A DNA stretch of 64,000 nucleotides from Psammoneis japonica (taxonomy: Eukaryota): the NCBI GenBank assembly GCA_008632985.1, contig QPGO01000026.1:1-64000 (forward strand), given 5' to 3'. This document shows positions 60,196 through 64,000 of this stretch, piece after piece. Every line of letters begins with the position of its first letter. The first letter of the stretch is position 1. The notes under the pieces were generated by a model. The model was not told the DNA's origin, made no database searches, and saw only the letters and a list, made by a program, of their open reading frames with translations. The position numbers and the translations under genes are program-made.

Positions 60196-62094
60196 TTTGA
60201 GGATGGATCCATGGGGGTGAGTGCGGACATTTGTGGGCCCATCAATTTTTTGGAAAAAATGAATTCATTGCACTGGTCTAAAAGCACACGATGTGTTCCA
60301 GTCCCAGTGATGCACAAAACAACAATCCCTTTTGAGCACAATTCATGTGTGAGCTTCGCATGTTGAGGCTGTCCACAGAAATGCTTGTGCACTTTGGCTT
60401 TTGTCTTCGATTGAGCATCATGTGAACATTTAAACTGTTTTTCATTGGTGTTCAAGCATGACATGAAATGTTTCTGTAGAAACAGTGCTGGCTGCACATC
60501 AGTGCTCACAGTGCAAAAATTTTTGTGTGAAGCAGACCACTGCTGAAAAATGCACACAGCAACATTTTGTGTCAACTTTTGAACAGTTGCAGCACATGAA
60601 TCCTCAAAAATGTTGGTGAAAATCATCCGTTGTGTTGCAACTTGTTTGTCCCAATGAAACACCATTAATTGCTCAAAAACAATGACATTGCATCACTGAC
60701 ATGAGCCATCTTGTCAGTGTTGCAAAACATTAAAATTTGGGAACCAGGCCTGCGGGAGCATTGGCCACTTGTCTTTCTTTGTGGGTGTGGGTGTGCGCCA
60801 TTGCTGCATGTTTGTCGGGGTCATCGAATGCAGGTGGGGCGACTTCGTCAAGCAAGTGACCTCAACCCGTTTCCGGGTTGCCGGTTCAAGCACGTGTGTG
60901 CGGAAAAAGGGAGGGACTCGAACCCCCGACGAATTGAAGTGGCAGGCAGGCTGGCATGGCCACTGCACCGGTGACGCAGATGACCATCACATTTGATGGC
61001 TCATGCCATTTTTGGGCTGCAGCGAGGTGCACGGACACTCTTTTTTGTCCAATTTGCTGCAAAAACAGTGCATCGCACAAACTCACTTGTTGTTTGATGT
61101 GTTTTTTCCAGCATGACTGTTTTGCACACAATTCATGACAAATTTTCTTTGTCTGAAGCTCAGCGCATTTTTAAACATGCCACGCCAGCAACTCCAATTT
61201 TCCAGCACTTTCAAGCTCTTCTGAAAAACAGTTCCATGGACCCGTCACAGGGAATTTGTCAATTTTTTAGGATGTCCTCATGACCTCCAATGTTCTCAAT
61301 GATCATTCTCTGAATCCAAACAATCATTTGCACTGAACAACCCATGCCATTCCGAAATCCGAGGGACACACTCTTGAACTCGGGTGGACTGTTGCCCGAC
61401 CGACTGCCCCACACAAAAAAGTCTGCAATCACCAACCACTGAGTGGTCAGTGAAATCTGTGCTTTTGGTGGTGAAAGCTTGTTCACAAGTCAGAAACCAT
61501 GCAAAAAACATGCAAATGTTGCAATGCGCAGCTGCCAGTGAGAGTCAATGTATCACGGTGACGTGTCACAGCCTTTGAATGTCACAAAGGGAGTGACAAA
61601 AATGACCTTTTGTCTGCATGTGTGCTGCAACGTCATTTTTCTGCACATTTTCTTGGTTCATGTGTGGCTGGAACATGTCACACGGACGTTTGCCAAAACA
61701 AAATTCCAGTGACAGGTCAAACTTTGACTGTTCCTGGGACATCATAGAACGGTCATGCAATGGTTGTGCCCATGTGTGACATTTGGCTTGTTGACTGCAG
61801 ACATGTCTGTGGCCAATCAAATGCCAATCATCAGCATTTCCTGGAAAGTCATGGCTCATTTCCATGGCAAAAATCAGCAGCAATTTTAACCTGGCAACAG
61901 GGCACAGGCTGACAAGTGGCATTTGAAGCTTTGAACATGCAGCTCTCACAGCAGTCTGACAGCCCCCTGATGAGGGTTTGTCAAACACATGAGTGTTTGG
62001 GGGTGTTCCAAGACAGGTCCAAATGTCACAGCAAAGTGCGGGAAATTCGAGGCCCACAAATGTCCATCCTCACCCCCATGGATCCATCCTCAAA
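60196..62094. mobile_element. ~1.9-kb non-autonomous TIR element, 44-bp TIRs
   Basis: 60196-60239 (tttgaggatggatccatgggggtgag..ggacatttgtgggcc) is the reverse complement of 62051-62094; CA on both flanks. Confidence 0.7.
60909..60977 (-). ncRNA. tRNA-derived (Gly-like) Pol III relic or SINE head
   Basis: Minus strand: A-box-like ccggtgcagtgg, gcctgccac, B-box GGTTCGAGTCC, then TTTTT; no acceptor stem pairing. Confidence 0.35.
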
Positions 62095-64000
62095 CAGCTG
62101 CCTGTGCCTCCAGGAACCACACATCCAGGTTTTTGATGTTTTCATTGTCCTCCTCCTCTTCCTCCTCCTGCATCCATGGTGGGGTGGCTCTCATTGACAA
62201 CATGAAGGCCAGTGTTGCAGTGACTCTCATTTGGAAGACACATGTCAAACAAGATGTTGCCATTGCAAAGAAAGTCAACAACAGCCCTGTGGATGTCCAA
62301 ATGCACCATCATGTGATGACAATGCTTCTGCTCACCAATGCAAACAAACACCTGAACCCTGTCAAGATCAGGTGGCACAAAGTGGGTGCAAAAGCAACAT
62401 GTGTCCAATGCTTGTGGCTTGCCTGACCCAGCTTGCAAAGTGAGGAAATGTTCTTCCAACATGATTTTGTGGGGTCGTCTTCATGCATCATCCCAATGTT
62501 CTTAAGTCCTCTCCATTGGCTGGGCACCAAACAAAGAATGATTGACTTCAGAGGACCCACAAGAGGAGATTTTGTGGTGCAATTGGGAAGTTCCGGGCCA
62601 CGCACAACTGGGTTGTTCATCCGGGATCCATTGCAGGCAAACCAATCAACAAATGGTTGGAACAAAAACAGATGGGAGCAGATGCTTGAGGAGGTGCTGC
62701 TTGGACAGTGACAGATTTGCAAGGGGAGCATCTGGGGCAGAGATGACACTTCTTCAGCTGTTGCAGCAGTGGGAGGCAAAGATGCAGCAGGATCACAGGG
62801 GAAAGCTCCTGGAGTGAACAGAGTGGATCCATTCCCAAGAAAGAGAGGTGATGCAGGATGGACCATGGCAGAGCTTGTGAAGTGCTCCATGGAAAAAAAC
62901 CACCAACATCAATGCCACTTCAAAAACTGTGGGATGATGTGTCATGATGATCGCCTGCACAAACACAGGGATCCTTCAACAGCTTCATCCCCCACAAAGG
63001 TTGGAGCAGTCATGGGGTGAACCCTTGCAGTGGTGCACTCTCTAGCTCACAAGCCCACAAAGTGGGATTGGCAGCTGTGCCCCCAAAGCAAGGAAGGAGT
63101 GTGGGAGATGCACCCTGACAAAGTTGTTGGAGGCATCCCCCGACATCCCCTGTGGAAATGGGGGCCATGGGATGAACCCTGGCAGCAATGTCACAAAAGC
63201 TGTCAAAAAGCCCAGAATGACTGGCTGCACCTCTTGGAAGCATGGGGGGGGGCATGAGATGACCCCCCTGGCAGCATGGCAGGTGTCTTCTGTGCCAACC
63301 CTGTGAAGTGGTGCTGCAGAACCAAGCTTCCCTTCCCCACCCTTGACTGCATTCTGACCCTGCTTCTTTAACAGACTTGAACATTGACCCATGATGTGTG
63401 GAAAACAGCAAGCACTGTGCAGCAGGTGTTTGGAGATGTGTTGTTCTGCCCACAAAATGAAACTGTGATGGCATCAAAAGCAAAAAATTGTGAACAGAAT
63501 TTCATTTCCCCAATCCAACTGAACAAAACAAAAATTTTGGAACAAACTGTTGAACAGGACATTGGAGCTGCAAATTGAAATTTTCATTGTTGTTGGAAAA
63601 TGACATCACTGTGAGGAAAAAGAAGCAGAAAGTGGTGCAAAGAAAAACAGTGTGTCACCCAAAAAAGGTTGTGAGTTGTGCAGCACATCTGTGTGGAGAA
63701 CATGTGGAGAGGATGCCTGCAAGGAGAATTTGGAAGAATTTTGCCATGCTGCGGGAGTCATGCAGTGTTGTGTGGAAAAAATGAAAGTTTGTTGCATCAA
63801 ATGTGGGTCATCATGCACTTGAGAAATGAAAACCCAATGGGCCAATGCAAAACCTGTGTGGAGCCCGCCTCAACTCTGATGTCAGATGACTGCAAAGTTC
63901 AATTTTGAAAAAAGTTGTGAGAAACTGGCAGCAGCTTCAGTGCACAATTTTGGCGCTCTCACCAGGGGTCATTTTTGAAATGTTCCTGGCATTGTTTGGG

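Noticed and set aside
10600..64000. Hundreds of overlapping Cys/His/Gln-rich ORFs in all six frames
   Set aside because: Expected by-product of losing TAA/TAG stops and gaining TG/CA; not evidence of genes

Overview
Eukaryotic, repeat-dense DNA. Short GT-AG introns, Ty1/copia elements of the diatom CoDi type and LRR/ankyrin and Cys-rich membrane-protein genes suggest a pennate diatom (inference). Retroelements: a 5'-truncated copia with an extra 3' ORF (1-6464), a copia tandem LTR-int-LTR-int-LTR (29847-40907, minus), a full copia with a CACGA target-site duplication (44960-51802), a gag-bearing element bounded by INVERTED LTR-like repeats with a 5-bp TSD (14943-18516) and a decayed non-LTR element (~42.7-44.6 kb). 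There are also four MITEs and a 1.9-kb TIR element. Three host-like genes are present (7375-10187, 22068-23699, 53447-57363). The dominant signal is a strand-symmetric TpA->TpG/CpA (A:T->G:C) hypermutation of repeat-rich domains, the reverse direction of fungal RIP. It is visible directly in LTR pairs, TIR pairs, tandem units and Tyr->Cys/His substitutions. It stops sharply at gene boundaries and spares two young MITE insertions. An intact ORF in the middle of the mutated DNA (22068-23699) encodes a Tudor/chromo-barrel-like N-terminus fused to a TadA-like deaminase domain, a candidate effector (hypothesis only). Most short ORFs in the supplied track are by-products of TAA/TAG loss. All alignments and counts were done by eye; no database search was run.
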